A DNA stretch of 64,000 nt, taken from assembly GCA_963799455.1 (NCBI GenBank), contig CAWCXF010000007.1, positions 99,221 to 163,220 of the forward strand, in the 5' to 3' direction. Of this stretch, positions 1 to 9,871 are shown piece by piece (within the stretch, counting starts at the first letter, position 1; the number at the start of each line of letters is the position of its first letter). The stretch comes from an uncultured Alphaproteobacteria bacterium. GTDB taxonomy: Bacteria; Pseudomonadota; Alphaproteobacteria; Rhodobacterales; Rhodobacteraceae. The notes beneath the pieces are model-generated. The model ran no database searches, was not told the origin of the DNA, and saw only the letters and a program-made list of their open reading frames with translations. A program made the position numbers and the translations under genes.

Positions 1-567
1 GATGCCCTGGGTGCGACACTGAAGGCCGCGCTGGTGCCGCGCATCCCCGTGGTGATCGGCACGACCGGGCTGGATTCGCGCCATCACGAGGCGATCGACA
101 AGGCTGCGACCGCCTTGCCCATCCTGCAAACGGGCAATACGTCTCTGGGCGTCCAGCTGATCGCTCACCTCGTGCACACCGCCGCCGCCAAGCTGGGCAG
201 CGACTGGGACATCGAGATTCTCGAAATGCATCACCGCGACAAGGTGGATGCGCCGTCAGGCACAGCGAAAATCCTCGGGCTGGCGGCTGCCGAGGGTCGC
301 GGCATCGACCTGTCAGCCAATACCGAAAGCGGGCGCGACGGCATCACTGGCGCCCGTCAGGAAGGAGCCATCGGCTTTGCGTCACTGCGAGGAGGGTCGG
401 TCGCAGGCGATCACAGTGTGATTTTTGCCGGCGAGCACGAGCGCATTACCATTTCGCATAGCGCCGAGGACCGCGGCATCTTCGCCAATGGCGCCGTGCG
501 GGCTGCGGCGTGGCTTATCGCCAAAGAGCCGGGGCGGTACACCATGAACGATGTGCTTGGCATTTAA
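1..567 (+). CDS. dapB: 4-hydroxy-tetrahydrodipicolinate reductase DapB, 5'-truncated by window edge
   Basis: Frame 1 open from nt 1; translation ...[19 protein letters not shown]...[18 protein letters not shown]...[28 protein letters not shown] is the canonical DapB C-terminal domain. Confidence 0.85.
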   Translation, partial: DALGATLKAALVPRIPVVIGTTGLDSRHHEAIDKAATALPILQTGNTSLGVQLIAHLVHTAAAKLGSDWDIEILEMHHRDKVDAPSGTAKILGLAAAEGRGIDLSANTESGRDGITGARQEGAIGFASLRGGSVAGDHSVIFAGEHERITISHSAEDRGIFANGAVRAAAWLIAKEPGRYTMNDVLGI

Positions 568-581
568 TCCGCTTCGCCAGG

Positions 582-1232
582 ATGACCAAGGACCAGATCT
601 TCGAATTCTTCCGCCGTCTGGCCGAGGACAATCCGGAGCCGGAAACCGAGCTGGAATACGGCAATTGCTATCAGCTTGTCGTGGCCGTGGCCCTATCGGC
701 GCAGGCGACCGATGTGGGAGTCAACAAGGCCACCCGCGCGCTGTTCGCCAAGGTCGATACACCGCAAGCCATGCTTGATCTGGGCGAAGACGGGCTGAAG
801 GAGCATATCAAAACCATCGGCCTCTTCAATTCCAAGGCCAAGAACGTGATCGCGCTCAGCCAGTTGCTGGTCGACGAATACGGCGGCGAAGTGCCGGACA
901 CGCGCGATGACCTCGTGCGGTTGCCCGGAGTGGGCCGCAAGACGGCGAACGTGGTGCTCAATTGCTGGTTTCGCCAGGAGACCTTTGCGGTCGATACGCA
1001 TATTCTGCGCGTCGGCAATCGCACCGGGCTGGCCAAGGGCAAGACGCCCGAAGCGGTCGAATCCAAGCTGGACAAGCGCGTGCCCCAGCCCTTCCGCCTG
1101 CACGCCCATCACTGGCTGATCCTGCACGGACGCTACGTGTGCAAAGCGCGGACGCCAGAGTGCTGGCGCTGTGGGCAAGTGGATTTGTGCAGCTACCGCA
1201 AGAAAGTGCTGGAGAAGCCGAAGGGGCGGTAG
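582..1232 (+). CDS. nth: endonuclease III
   Basis: ATG at 582; HhH-GPD motif LPGVGRKTANVVL and a C-terminal C-x6-C-x2-C-x5-C iron-sulfur cluster. Confidence 0.85.
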   Translation: MTKDQIFEFFRRLAEDNPEPETELEYGNCYQLVVAVALSAQATDVGVNKATRALFAKVDTPQAMLDLGEDGLKEHIKTIGLFNSKAKNVIALSQLLVDEYGGEVPDTRDDLVRLPGVGRKTANVVLNCWFRQETFAVDTHILRVGNRTGLAKGKTPEAVESKLDKRVPQPFRLHAHHWLILHGRYVCKARTPECWRCGQVDLCSYRKKVLEKPKGR

Positions 1233-1255
1233 CCAGCACAGGAGACGAACGCGAC

Positions 1256-1666
1256 CTAGGAAACCTGCTCAACCCCGTGACGCTTGGTCAGGAACACGTA
1301 TGCGAAGAACAGCATGAATACGAAGTCGTTCGCGCCATAGATGGTGTAGAAAACCCCAGCGAAAGCGTCCTGCTCGTAAACCGTTGTCAGTGATTGCGAA
1401 GCTATGAATGAAGTCCACGCAATCACGTAAGCCAGCTTTTCGATCACGAATACCGCGATGAGCCAGCGCACCTGTGCGTAGTTTCGGCTCACGGCGATGT
1501 AGGCCATGCCCCATAGCACGATGCAGACCAGGCCAAACAGACCCATCACACCGGGCTGCGTCTCCATCAGCACGTCATTGGTGAATATGCGCGAACACAC
1601 CAGGACGCCCAAAATGTTGCTGAGGCCGGCGAGAACAAAGCCTCTACCGATATTGGCATCGCTCAC
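1256..1666 (-). CDS. hypothetical integral membrane protein
   Basis: 136-aa ORF with 3-4 hydrophobic helices; no recognisable family. Confidence 0.45.
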   Translation of the reverse strand: MSDANIGRGFVLAGLSNILGVLVCSRIFTNDVLMETQPGVMGLFGLVCIVLWGMAYIAVSRNYAQVRWLIAVFVIEKLAYVIAWTSFIASQSLTTVYEQDAFAGVFYTIYGANDFVFMLFFAYVFLTKRHGVEQVS

Positions 1667-1685
1667 CGCGCAAGCGCCTTACACA

Positions 1686-2918
1686 TCATCCGCGCGAAAC
1701 CATCTCGGCCTTGTCGATCTCACCGGTAAGGCTGGCCACGGTCACTGCCACCGCGGCATCGCCGCTGACATTCGTGGTGGTGCGCATCATGTCCATGATC
1801 CGGTCGACGCCTGCGACAAAAGCAATCGTTTCCAGCGGTACGCCGACCGCGCCAAACACAAGCGCCATCATGATCAGGCCCGCGCCCGGAATGCCCGCTG
1901 CGCCTACCGCGCCCAGGGTGCCAAGCACCGAGATCAACAGATAGTCTCCCCAGCTCAAGTCCACCCCGAACACCTGCGCCCCGAACAGTGTTGCCAGGCC
2001 CAGGTACATCGCCGTGCCGTTCATGTTGATCGTCGCGCCAAGCGAGACAACGAAACTGGATACCGAGTTGGACACACCCAGATTGCGCTGGGTACAGCGC
2101 AGGGTGACCGGCAGGGTCGCGTTGGAACTGGCAGTGGAATAACTCACCGCGATCGCGTCGATGATACCGCGAAAGAAATCGATCACCGGTAATCGGGCAA
2201 TGAATTTGATCATCCCGGCGTAAACAACGCCAATGACCAGCAGGCAGCCGACATAGTTCAGCACCACCAGCTTGCCGAGCGCGGCCAGCGCATCAAAGCC
2301 GAGTGTTCCGGCCACCCAGGCCATCAGGGCAAAGACGCCGAACGGGGTCAGCTCCATCACCACCATCGTAACCTTTTGCATGACCACGCTGCCGCTTTCG
2401 AAGATTTTGAGCACGGGCTCGCCCTCTTCTTTGGCCATCAGAATGCCGATGCCGATGAGCAACGAAAACACGATAAGCGGGAGGACATTGACATCCGCCA
2501 TGACCTGAACGGGGCTTTGCGGGATCATCCCCATAATCATGCCTTGCCATGTCGTATCGCTCGGCTCGGGCACAACGCCCATCTGTATCGCGCTCGTATC
2601 GACGCCTGAGCCCGGCGCGAGGGCCGTGCCCAAGAACAGGCCGAGCCAGACAGCGATCTGGCCCGTTACGACGAACAACAGCATCGCCCGCCAGCCCACG
2701 CTGCCCAGCTTGCGAAGATCGCCAATACTGGCAACCCCCGCAACCAGGCTGAAAAAGATCAGCGGGACCACCAGCATCTTGATAAAGGCCACGAATACGT
2801 CACCGATAATCTTTATGCTGGCCGCGTCCGGTCCCCACAACCGGCCGACAATAATGCCCAGTACCAGCGCGGCGATGACCCTTTGCCACAGGGGAATTGC
2901 GAACCACTTTCCTAGCAT
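1686..2918 (-). CDS. dicarboxylate/amino acid:cation symporter (DAACS/GltP-DctA family)
   Basis: 410-aa polytopic ORF with characteristic SxS and NMxGTA-like motifs (ATINMNGTAMY). Confidence 0.8.
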   Translation of the reverse strand: MLGKWFAIPLWQRVIAALVLGIIVGRLWGPDAASIKIIGDVFVAFIKMLVVPLIFFSLVAGVASIGDLRKLGSVGWRAMLLFVVTGQIAVWLGLFLGTALAPGSGVDTSAIQMGVVPEPSDTTWQGMIMGMIPQSPVQVMADVNVLPLIVFSLLIGIGILMAKEEGEPVLKIFESGSVVMQKVTMVVMELTPFGVFALMAWVAGTLGFDALAALGKLVVLNYVGCLLVIGVVYAGMIKFIARLPVIDFFRGIIDAIAVSYSTASSNATLPVTLRCTQRNLGVSNSVSSFVVSLGATINMNGTAMYLGLATLFGAQVFGVDLSWGDYLLISVLGTLGAVGAAGIPGAGLIMMALVFGAVGVPLETIAFVAGVDRIMDMMRTTTNVSGDAAVAVTVASLTGEIDKAEMVSRG

Positions 2919-2941
2919 CGATTAACCCCCGAAGCGCACAA

Positions 2942-4090
2942 TCACAGTTTCATCGCATCGATCGCGATGCGGCCATAGACACGACTTAGCGCATCGAGAT
3001 CGGCGATGGCTACAGCCTCGTCACGCTTGTGCATAGTGGCGTTGACCAGCCCGAATTCCACCACCGGGCAAAGCTCGCGAAGGAACCGCGCGTCAGACGT
3101 GCCGCCGCTGGTGGATTGTTCAGGTGTAACCCCGGTTACGGCGGCCACTGCGTCACTGACGACTTGCGTGAATTCGCCCGGCGGGGTCAGGAACGGTTCG
3201 CCCGAGATCACAGGTTCAGCGCGGCAGCCGTGCTTTTGCGCCAATGCGCCGATGGTGTCCGATAACGAGGCACCGGAATGCAGATCATTGAAGCGGACGG
3301 AGATGCGCGCAGTGGCCTTGGCAGGGATCACATTGTGCGCCGGATTGCCCACTTCCAATTCGGTTATTTCCAGATTCGAAGGCTGGAACCAGTCAGTCCC
3401 CTCGTCCAGTTCGAGCGCGTCCAGTTCGGCCAGCAGGCGCACCAGTCGCGGGATTGGGTTATCGGCCAGATGCGGGTAGGCGACATGGCCTTGCGTGCCC
3501 TCGGCATGAAGCCAGATATTGACCGAGCCGCGCCGCCCGATCTTCATCATGTCGCCCATCCGGTTGACGCTGGTCGGCTCTCCTACCAGGCACAGGTCCG
3601 GTATCTCGCCTATCTCGCGCATATGATCGATCAGCGCGCGGGTGCCGTAGAGTGCCGGGCCTTCCTCGTCTCCGGTGATGATAAAGGACAAGGTGCCCGC
3701 CTCGCGCGGGATACCCGCAGCGGCGGCGACCATCGACGCAATGGCGCCCTTCATGTCGACCGCGCCGCGTCCGTAGAGCAGGTCGCCCCTGATCTCAGGT
3801 TCGAATGGCGCGCTGACCCATCCCTCCCCCGGCGGGACGACATCGACGTGCCCGGCAAAGGCGAAATGCCTGGTCCCGTCGGGACCGGGGCGAATGGCAA
3901 AGAGGTTTTCAACCGGGCCATCGGGCGGATCGCCTGCCGTAAAGCGGTACACTGCAAAGCCAAGCGGGGCGAGCAGCGCCTCCATAACATCGAACACCTC
4001 GCCGGTGGCGGGCGTGACGCTTTCGGCTGCGATCAGACGCGTGGCGATCTCAAGGGTCGTTGACGGTTCGGACCGAGACATTGCGTTCAA
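2942..4090 (-). CDS. dapE: succinyl-diaminopimelate desuccinylase
   Basis: M20 peptidase motifs: GHVDVVPPG, ITGDEEGP, GRGAVDMKG. Confidence 0.85.
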   Translation of the reverse strand: MNAMSRSEPSTTLEIATRLIAAESVTPATGEVFDVMEALLAPLGFAVYRFTAGDPPDGPVENLFAIRPGPDGTRHFAFAGHVDVVPPGEGWVSAPFEPEIRGDLLYGRGAVDMKGAIASMVAAAAGIPREAGTLSFIITGDEEGPALYGTRALIDHMREIGEIPDLCLVGEPTSVNRMGDMMKIGRRGSVNIWLHAEGTQGHVAYPHLADNPIPRLVRLLAELDALELDEGTDWFQPSNLEITELEVGNPAHNVIPAKATARISVRFNDLHSGASLSDTIGALAQKHGCRAEPVISGEPFLTPPGEFTQVVSDAVAAVTGVTPEQSTSGGTSDARFLRELCPVVEFGLVNATMHKRDEAVAIADLDALSRVYGRIAIDAMKL

Positions 4091-4755
4091 TCTACGGGCT
4101 CGGCTTCATATTGCTCAAGCACCCATTCCTCGTCCTCGGCGGCTTTGATCCATGCCTGCATCCACTCATGCTCCCAAAGCGCCTCCATATAGGATTGGGC
4201 AAAGCCGGGGACGACGAAACCGTATGTCCGGAAACGACTGACGATGGGAGCGTAGAAGATGTCGGCTGCGCCAAAGGTGCCAAACAGATAAGGTCCAGAG
4301 GATCCGAACCGGGCGCGAGCCTCGGCCCACAATTGCAGGATCCGCACGATGTCTGCCTTGGTTGCGTCGGCAATCGTGGGTTTCTCGATCCGGGCGCGGA
4401 TGTTCATCGGGCATTCGCCGCGAAGCGAGGCATAGGCGCTGTGCATTTCGGCCACCATCGCCCGTGCCATGCCGCGCGCTGCCTCATCCTTGGGCCAGAA
4501 CCGGTCGCGCCCTACTTTGTCAGCCAGATATTCAAGGATTGCGAGGCTGTCCCAAATGACCGCATCATCGTCCCACAGGATCGGCACCTTGCCTTGCGAG
4601 GGTTGCAGTCCGTCGTCGGCGTGCTTGGTCGCTTCCCACTGCTCACCGAACATCGGCACGGTGATTTCCTCGAAGGCGAGGCCCGATTGCTTGGTAGCCA
4701 ACCAGCCGCGCAGCGACCAGCTTGAGTAATTCTTGTTGCCGATTATCAGTTTCAT
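4087..4755 (-). CDS. glutathione S-transferase family protein
   Basis: 222 aa with the GST N-terminal thioredoxin-like fold motif (SSWSLRGWL...VPIL); 4-nt overlap with the dapE start. Confidence 0.7.
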   Translation of the reverse strand: MKLIIGNKNYSSWSLRGWLATKQSGLAFEEITVPMFGEQWEATKHADDGLQPSQGKVPILWDDDAVIWDSLAILEYLADKVGRDRFWPKDEAARGMARAMVAEMHSAYASLRGECPMNIRARIEKPTIADATKADIVRILQLWAEARARFGSSGPYLFGTFGAADIFYAPIVSRFRTYGFVVPGFAQSYMEALWEHEWMQAWIKAAEDEEWVLEQYEAEPVD

Positions 4756-4865
4756 GCGCGGGCCTCCACCAGAGCCGGTGTGAGCCCTAGTGGTTCACCC
4801 AGGGAGTGTCGAGACTGAACGGATGGCCTGATGACTTCGCCGCGCCTTGCAATTAGTGTGCGCTC

Positions 4866-5285
4866 ATGAGCCTGCGCCCTTTCCATCTCGCCTTTCCCGT
4901 CGACGATCTGGCCGAGGCCCGCCGCTTCTACGGCGAGACCATGGGCTGCGCACAAGGGCGCTCATCGGAAGAATGGATCGATTTCGACTTCTACGGCCAT
5001 CAGATCGTGGCGCACCTGGCCAAGGGTCGAGCAGGCGACCGCGCGAGCAACCATGTCGACGGTCACGGTGTGCCGGTGCCGCATTTCGGCATCGTGCTGG
5101 CGATGGCCGAGTGGCAGGCACTGGCCGAGCGGCTGACGGCCGCAGGCGTGGACTTCGCGATTGCCCCGACCATCCGCTTCAAGGGCCGGCCCGGCGAACA
5201 GGCGACGATGTTTTTCCGCGACCCCAGCGGAAACGCTCTGGAAATGAAGGCTTTCGCCGACGACTCGATGCTGTTTGCGACTTAG
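4866..5285 (+). CDS. VOC/glyoxalase-family protein
   Basis: 139 aa; [10 protein letters not shown]...HFGIVL pattern of the vicinal oxygen chelate fold. Confidence 0.65.
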   Translation: MSLRPFHLAFPVDDLAEARRFYGETMGCAQGRSSEEWIDFDFYGHQIVAHLAKGRAGDRASNHVDGHGVPVPHFGIVLAMAEWQALAERLTAAGVDFAIAPTIRFKGRPGEQATMFFRDPSGNALEMKAFADDSMLFAT

Positions 5286-5317
5286 GCTGTTTGCGACTTA
5301 GGCTGTTTGCGACTTAG
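5270..5317. repeat. perfect 16-bp x3 tandem repeat (gctgtttgcgacttag) spanning the convergent stop codons of the VOC gene and engB
   Basis: Read directly: copies at 5270-5285, 5286-5301 and 5302-5317. Confidence 0.9.
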
Positions 5318-5970
5318 ATAGTGCGCGCATCTGCCAAGACGGCGGCGCGCAGTTCCGGTATGCCCAATCCGGTCTCGGCACTGGTAACGTGAAGCGCTGG
5401 AAAGGCAGCGGGATGGCTCGCCGCTTCCTTGGCGACCTTGTCGATAGTAGCGTCAAGCTCGCTGGCCTTCAGCTTGTCAGCCTTGGTCAGAACCAGACGG
5501 TATCCAACCGCCGACTGGTCAAGCATGGTCATCATCTCGCGGTCCACATCTTTCAGCCCGTGACGCGCATCCACCAGCACCAGGGTACGGGCCAGCACCG
5601 GACGACCGCGAAGATAGGTCCGCACCAGTTTCTTCCATTTATCGACGACACTGACCGGTGCCTTGGCAAAGCCATAGCCTGGCATATCGACGAGGCGGAA
5701 CCGGGTTGGATCGCCCACCTCGAAATAGTTCAATTCTTGCGTCCGCCCCGGCGTCACCGAGGCGCGCGCGATGGCTTTGCGCCCGGTGATGGCATTCAGA
5801 AGCGAGCTTTTGCCGACGTTCGAGCGACCGGCAAAGGCGATCTCGGCAACGTCGGGTTCGGGCAGAAACTTGAGCTGGGGCGCCGATAGCAGGAACTCGA
5901 CCCGCCCGGAAAACAGCTTTGCCGCCTCGCGCGAGAGCGCCTCGATTTCATTATCGTCCACTGCAGTCAC
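5314..5970 (-). CDS. engB: ribosome biogenesis GTP-binding protein YihA/EngB
   Basis: G1 motif GRSNVGKSS, DMPGYG, and TKADK G4 motif. Confidence 0.85.
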   Translation of the reverse strand: MTAVDDNEIEALSREAAKLFSGRVEFLLSAPQLKFLPEPDVAEIAFAGRSNVGKSSLLNAITGRKAIARASVTPGRTQELNYFEVGDPTRFRLVDMPGYGFAKAPVSVVDKWKKLVRTYLRGRPVLARTLVLVDARHGLKDVDREMMTMLDQSAVGYRLVLTKADKLKASELDATIDKVAKEAASHPAAFPALHVTSAETGLGIPELRAAVLADARTI

Positions 5971-7750
5971 TCACTTGCCGGCCTTTTCGGCCGCTTCGCG
6001 TTCCGCCAGCCGGGCTTTTTCCGCTTTCTCCGCCTCTGCCGCAGCGCGCAATTGCGGGTTCTTGGAATAAAGATAGCTTTGCTGGGCCAGTGTCAGGATG
6101 TTGTTGGTTACCCAGTAGAGCAGCAGTCCGGCAGCAAAGGGCGCCATCACGAACATCAGCACCCACGGCAGGATGCTGAAGATCTGTTGCTGCATCGGGT
6201 CCATCTGGGCTCGGATTGAGCTTGAAGGTCAGCCACATGGTGATGCCCAGCAACACCGCAAGGATGCCGATACCCAGGAATGACGGCGGCGTGAAGGGCA
6301 ACAGGCCGAACAGGTTGAGGATCATCGCCGGATCGGGCGCGGACAAATCTGACACCCACAAGAACTTTTCGTGGCGCATCTCGACCGACAGGATCAGCAC
6401 CTTGTACAGCGCGAAGAAGATCGGAATCTGGATGAAGATCGGCAGGCACCCGCCAAGCGGATTGACCCCCTCCTTCTTGTAAAGCGCCATCATTTCCTGC
6501 TGGAGCTTGGTCTTGTCTTCCTTGTGCCGCTCCTGCAGCGCCTTCATCTTGGGCTGCACCGCTTTCATCTGCGCCATCGAAGAAAACTGCTTTTGTGCAA
6601 TCGGAAACATCACGAGGCGGATCAGCAAGGTCAGCATGATGATCGCTACGCCAAAATTGCCGACCAGATTGTTGAACTGGTGAAGCAGCCACAGCATCGG
6701 CTTCTCGAACCATTCGAACCAGCCCCAGTCGATGGCTTTGCCAAACAGACCAATGCCGCCGGCTTGATACTGGTCGAGGATTTCGCTTTCCTTCACGCCA
6801 GCAAACAGGCGCGTGGTGCGCGTCAACTGGTCGCCGGGAGCGATTGTCTGGGCATCGTAGATAAGGTCGGCGCGGAACTCTTCCTCGCTCATCGCGCGAA
6901 ATTTCACGTCGGCCCCGACGCCCTTTTCCGCAACGAGCGCGGCCAACCAGTATGTGTCGGTAAAGCCGGCCCATTCCGGATTGCCGACATCGACTTCGCG
7001 TTCATCGGCCAGATCATCGTAATCGACATCATAGCTGACCGCTTCTGCCGAGCCGCTGATCGGGCCGGAATGCGCGTTCCAGATATCGGGCGATGCGGTC
7101 GCGCTGGTGCGTGCGACGAGACCGTACGGCTGTGCGACAATTGCGCCTTGGCCGCGATTGGCAACGGTCTGGGTGACGGTGAACATGTAGTTGTCGTCGA
7201 CGGCGATCCGGATCGCGTAAGCGCGACCCGCCCCATCCGTGTGCCGCAAGGTCACAGGAGTATCGACGCTCAACGAACCTCCATCGCTTTGCCACACAGT
7301 GTCGCCATTGGTGGCAAGCTTGCCATCGACCAGCCAGCCGAAGCGCGAAAACTGCTCGATCGGCGTGCCCTCGGGTGCAAACAGCTGGATCGGGCCACTG
7401 TCCTGGCTCGTGTCCTGCCGATATTTGGTCAGCGTAACATCGTCGATCCGAGCCCCGCGCGGGTTGATCGAGCCGGTTACACTGGGCGCATCGATAGCAA
7501 CACGATCGGAACCGCCCAGCGCCGTCGCCAGATCGACTTCACGCGCAATCTGCGCCCCGTCGATGGCCGCGCCGCTGCCTGAACCCTCGCCCATAGTGGC
7601 AACGGCGCGTTCCGTCGGCGAATCGACCTCGGTGGTCGCAGCTATCGGTGCAGTGGCTTCGGGATAGAAGTACCGCATCCCTGCGTCCCAACCGACAAGC
7701 ATCAGTCCGCATAGCAAGACCGCGATGAGTAAATTGCGCTGATTTTCCAA
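5971..7750 (-). CDS. yidC: membrane protein insertase YidC with an apparent 1-nt frame break near 6205
   Basis: 599-aa ORF has a YidC N-terminal periplasmic domain plus the 60-kDa insertase core. The conserved C-terminus (DPMQQQIFSILPW...) continues in another frame as ORF 5971..6204. Confidence 0.8.
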
Positions 7751-7865
7751 GGTCGATCCTGCGATTACGATAGCTATTCAGATGGGTTGGGTGTGTTAGA
7801 CTATCAAGACACCGGTCGCCTGCCGCATAGGGCCACGGCCTTCACCGGTCTCTTGAATGATCATT

Positions 7866-8078
7866 TCACGGAACCGGGTCGTGTCCATGTCCCCCAAACG
7901 GATGGCAGCGCCCTAGCCGTTTAGCCGCCAGCCATCCACCCTTGATTGCGCCGTATTTGTGGAGCGCCTCGATCGCGTATTGCGAACATGACGGGCTGAA
8001 ACGGCACGTCGATGGCAGAATCCGACTTGGGCCCCATTGCCAGGCGCGCGCCACCGCGATGAGAGCGCGGCTTATCAT
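7866..8078 (-). CDS. yidD: membrane protein insertion efficiency factor YidD
   Basis: 70 aa; the ...[24 protein letters not shown]... signature. Confidence 0.85.
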   Translation of the reverse strand: MISRALIAVARAWQWGPSRILPSTCRFSPSCSQYAIEALHKYGAIKGGWLAAKRLGRCHPFGGHGHDPVP

Positions 8079-8159
8079 TGCGGAACGGCGCCGCCGCCGG
8101 AACGCGACCTTGTGCCCGGTGAGCGGTCGCGGCGGCGATTGCCACGGCGCGGGCGCCAG

Positions 8160-8507
8160 GGCGGATCAGCCTGTCCCTGAGCCAGGCGTACCAACGCCTC
8201 GTTGAGATCGGCGCGTAACCGGGCGTAATCCTGCTCGATCCCGCCTGCGCGCCCGATCAGAACGTAGTCGTGATGGTCCTGCGCCAGTTCGGCGCAAACA
8301 CTCGTTCGCCAATTCCCTGAACCTGCGCTTCATCCGGTTGCGTACGACCGCATTGCCAATCTTCTTGGTCACCGTGATGCCCAGGCGAACGTGGCGGCCA
8401 TCATTGGGGTGGGCAAGCAGGACAAATCCCGCCCGTGCCACGCGCTTTCCAGCATTTGCCGCAAGAAAGTCGGCACGTTTTCGCATGGTGGGAACGCGGT
8501 CTGGCAT
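8160..8507 (-). CDS. rnpA: RNase P protein component RnpA with an apparent frame break near 8300
   Basis: N-terminus RKRADFLAA...[25 protein letters not shown] is RnpA. The downstream part ([26 protein letters not shown]) reads in another minus-strand frame. Confidence 0.75.
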
Positions 8508-8611
8508 TTGCGCCCTATATACGAACGGGCCCCCCGATGGGGAGCCCGCTTGTGCCAGCTTGTGGCGATTCGATTAGCGTGCGCCCGCTTGAACAGCGGA
8601 CGATCACCGTG

Positions 8612-8746
8612 TCAGGCGCTGAGTTTCTTGCGACCGCGGCGACGACGCATCCGCAGAACATTGCGACCACCGACGGTCTTTTTGCGCGCGAAGAAACCAT
8701 GCCGACGGGCACGCACGAGATTGCTTGGCTGGAAAGTCCGTTTCAT
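8612..8746 (-). CDS. rpmH: 50S ribosomal protein L34
   Basis: Manual translation [44 protein letters not shown]; below the ORF-track length cutoff; classic rpmH-rnpA-yidD-yidC-engB order. Confidence 0.85.
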   Translation of the reverse strand: MKRTFQPSNLVRARRHGFFARKKTVGGRNVLRMRRRRGRKKLSA

Positions 8747-8848
8747 CGGATTTGTCCTTCAAAATTTGATGTGTCAGCGAGCCCAAGGCGGGTTTCGCGG
8801 CAAAGAAAAAGCCGCCCGAGGACGGCTGTTTTCCGACAGAGGGCGCGA

Positions 8849-9763
8849 CTATAAGAAGCGCACTGCCAAGTCAAGGTCCCAAAGCATTGTGTGGACCAGC
8901 CCTAGCTGACGGTGATCGAGCAGCGCAAGGGTTTGGCGGTCATCGGTGTCATCATTACGCTTGGCTATACGGGTGGTCACTTGCGGTGCTTCGGCCAGCC
9001 GGACCTCGGCATCGGTCCAGATTCGCATGGCTCGCGCGTCCAGCCACAGCGCATCGGAATGCGGTACCGAATTGGTCATGTCGTAAAAGGCGCGGGCTTT
9101 GCCCTCACCCATGCCGACCGCGCGATAATACTCGATATAGGCGCGGTTCTGCGCCGAATCATGGGCGTAGTCGGAAGCTTCGCGGCCTTCATCGTCGCGC
9201 CAGGAATGAACCGCGAACTCGGCCCCTTCCTCGATGATGCGGCGGGTGCCGGCCATGAACAGGTCAACCGCACCCGAACGGACCGATCCCCGGGCGGGCA
9301 CGATGGTGGCGATATCCGCCTCGTGGATCATCCGGCCCAGTGACAGGTTGGCGCGGTCGTCATAAGTGCCGGGAGCCTCGACCATGACCAGCGCGTCGAT
9401 CTCGGGAAAGGCGCGCATCATGGCGGAAAAATGCTGGGGTGATGCCGCGTCGGTCGCACCGACAAGGCTCGCTGTATCGGGTGATGTGACTTCGAAAGGA
9501 CCGAATCGATAGGCGATTGGGTTCGCCGTTTTCGGGCTCGCGACAAAGGCAATGTCCACCGCTAGCGGAAAGGCTATCGGCGCAACCGCCAGGCGTGTGG
9601 CCTTGGTCGCAATCGCGTTCTCGTCAACCTCGCCTGTCGTCACCGATGCCAGTGCAAGCTTTGCCAGTTGGGCATCGATCACTGTCGTTGCAGCAGGCGC
9701 GGCAAAAGCTGGCTGGGCTGCAGCCATCGATAAAGTCAGTGCCGGGAGTGTCCAACGCAACAT
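8849..9763 (-). CDS. hypothetical secreted protein
   Basis: 304 aa with an N-terminal signal peptide (LSMAAAQPAFA). Confidence 0.45.
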   Translation of the reverse strand: MLRWTLPALTLSMAAAQPAFAAPAATTVIDAQLAKLALASVTTGEVDENAIATKATRLAVAPIAFPLAVDIAFVASPKTANPIAYRFGPFEVTSPDTASLVGATDAASPQHFSAMMRAFPEIDALVMVEAPGTYDDRANLSLGRMIHEADIATIVPARGSVRSGAVDLFMAGTRRIIEEGAEFAVHSWRDDEGREASDYAHDSAQNRAYIEYYRAVGMGEGKARAFYDMTNSVPHSDALWLDARAMRIWTDAEVRLAEAPQVTTRIAKRNDDTDDRQTLALLDHRQLGLVHTMLWDLDLAVRFL

Positions 9764-9871
9764 GACCCGAAGAATGCGGCAAAAGCGTAAACCAAACGCT
9801 AAGGCTCACCCTAGTCAGCGAATTAAGCATAAAAACGCTAGAAATATCCAAGCTTTGTCCACTAAGCCTGT

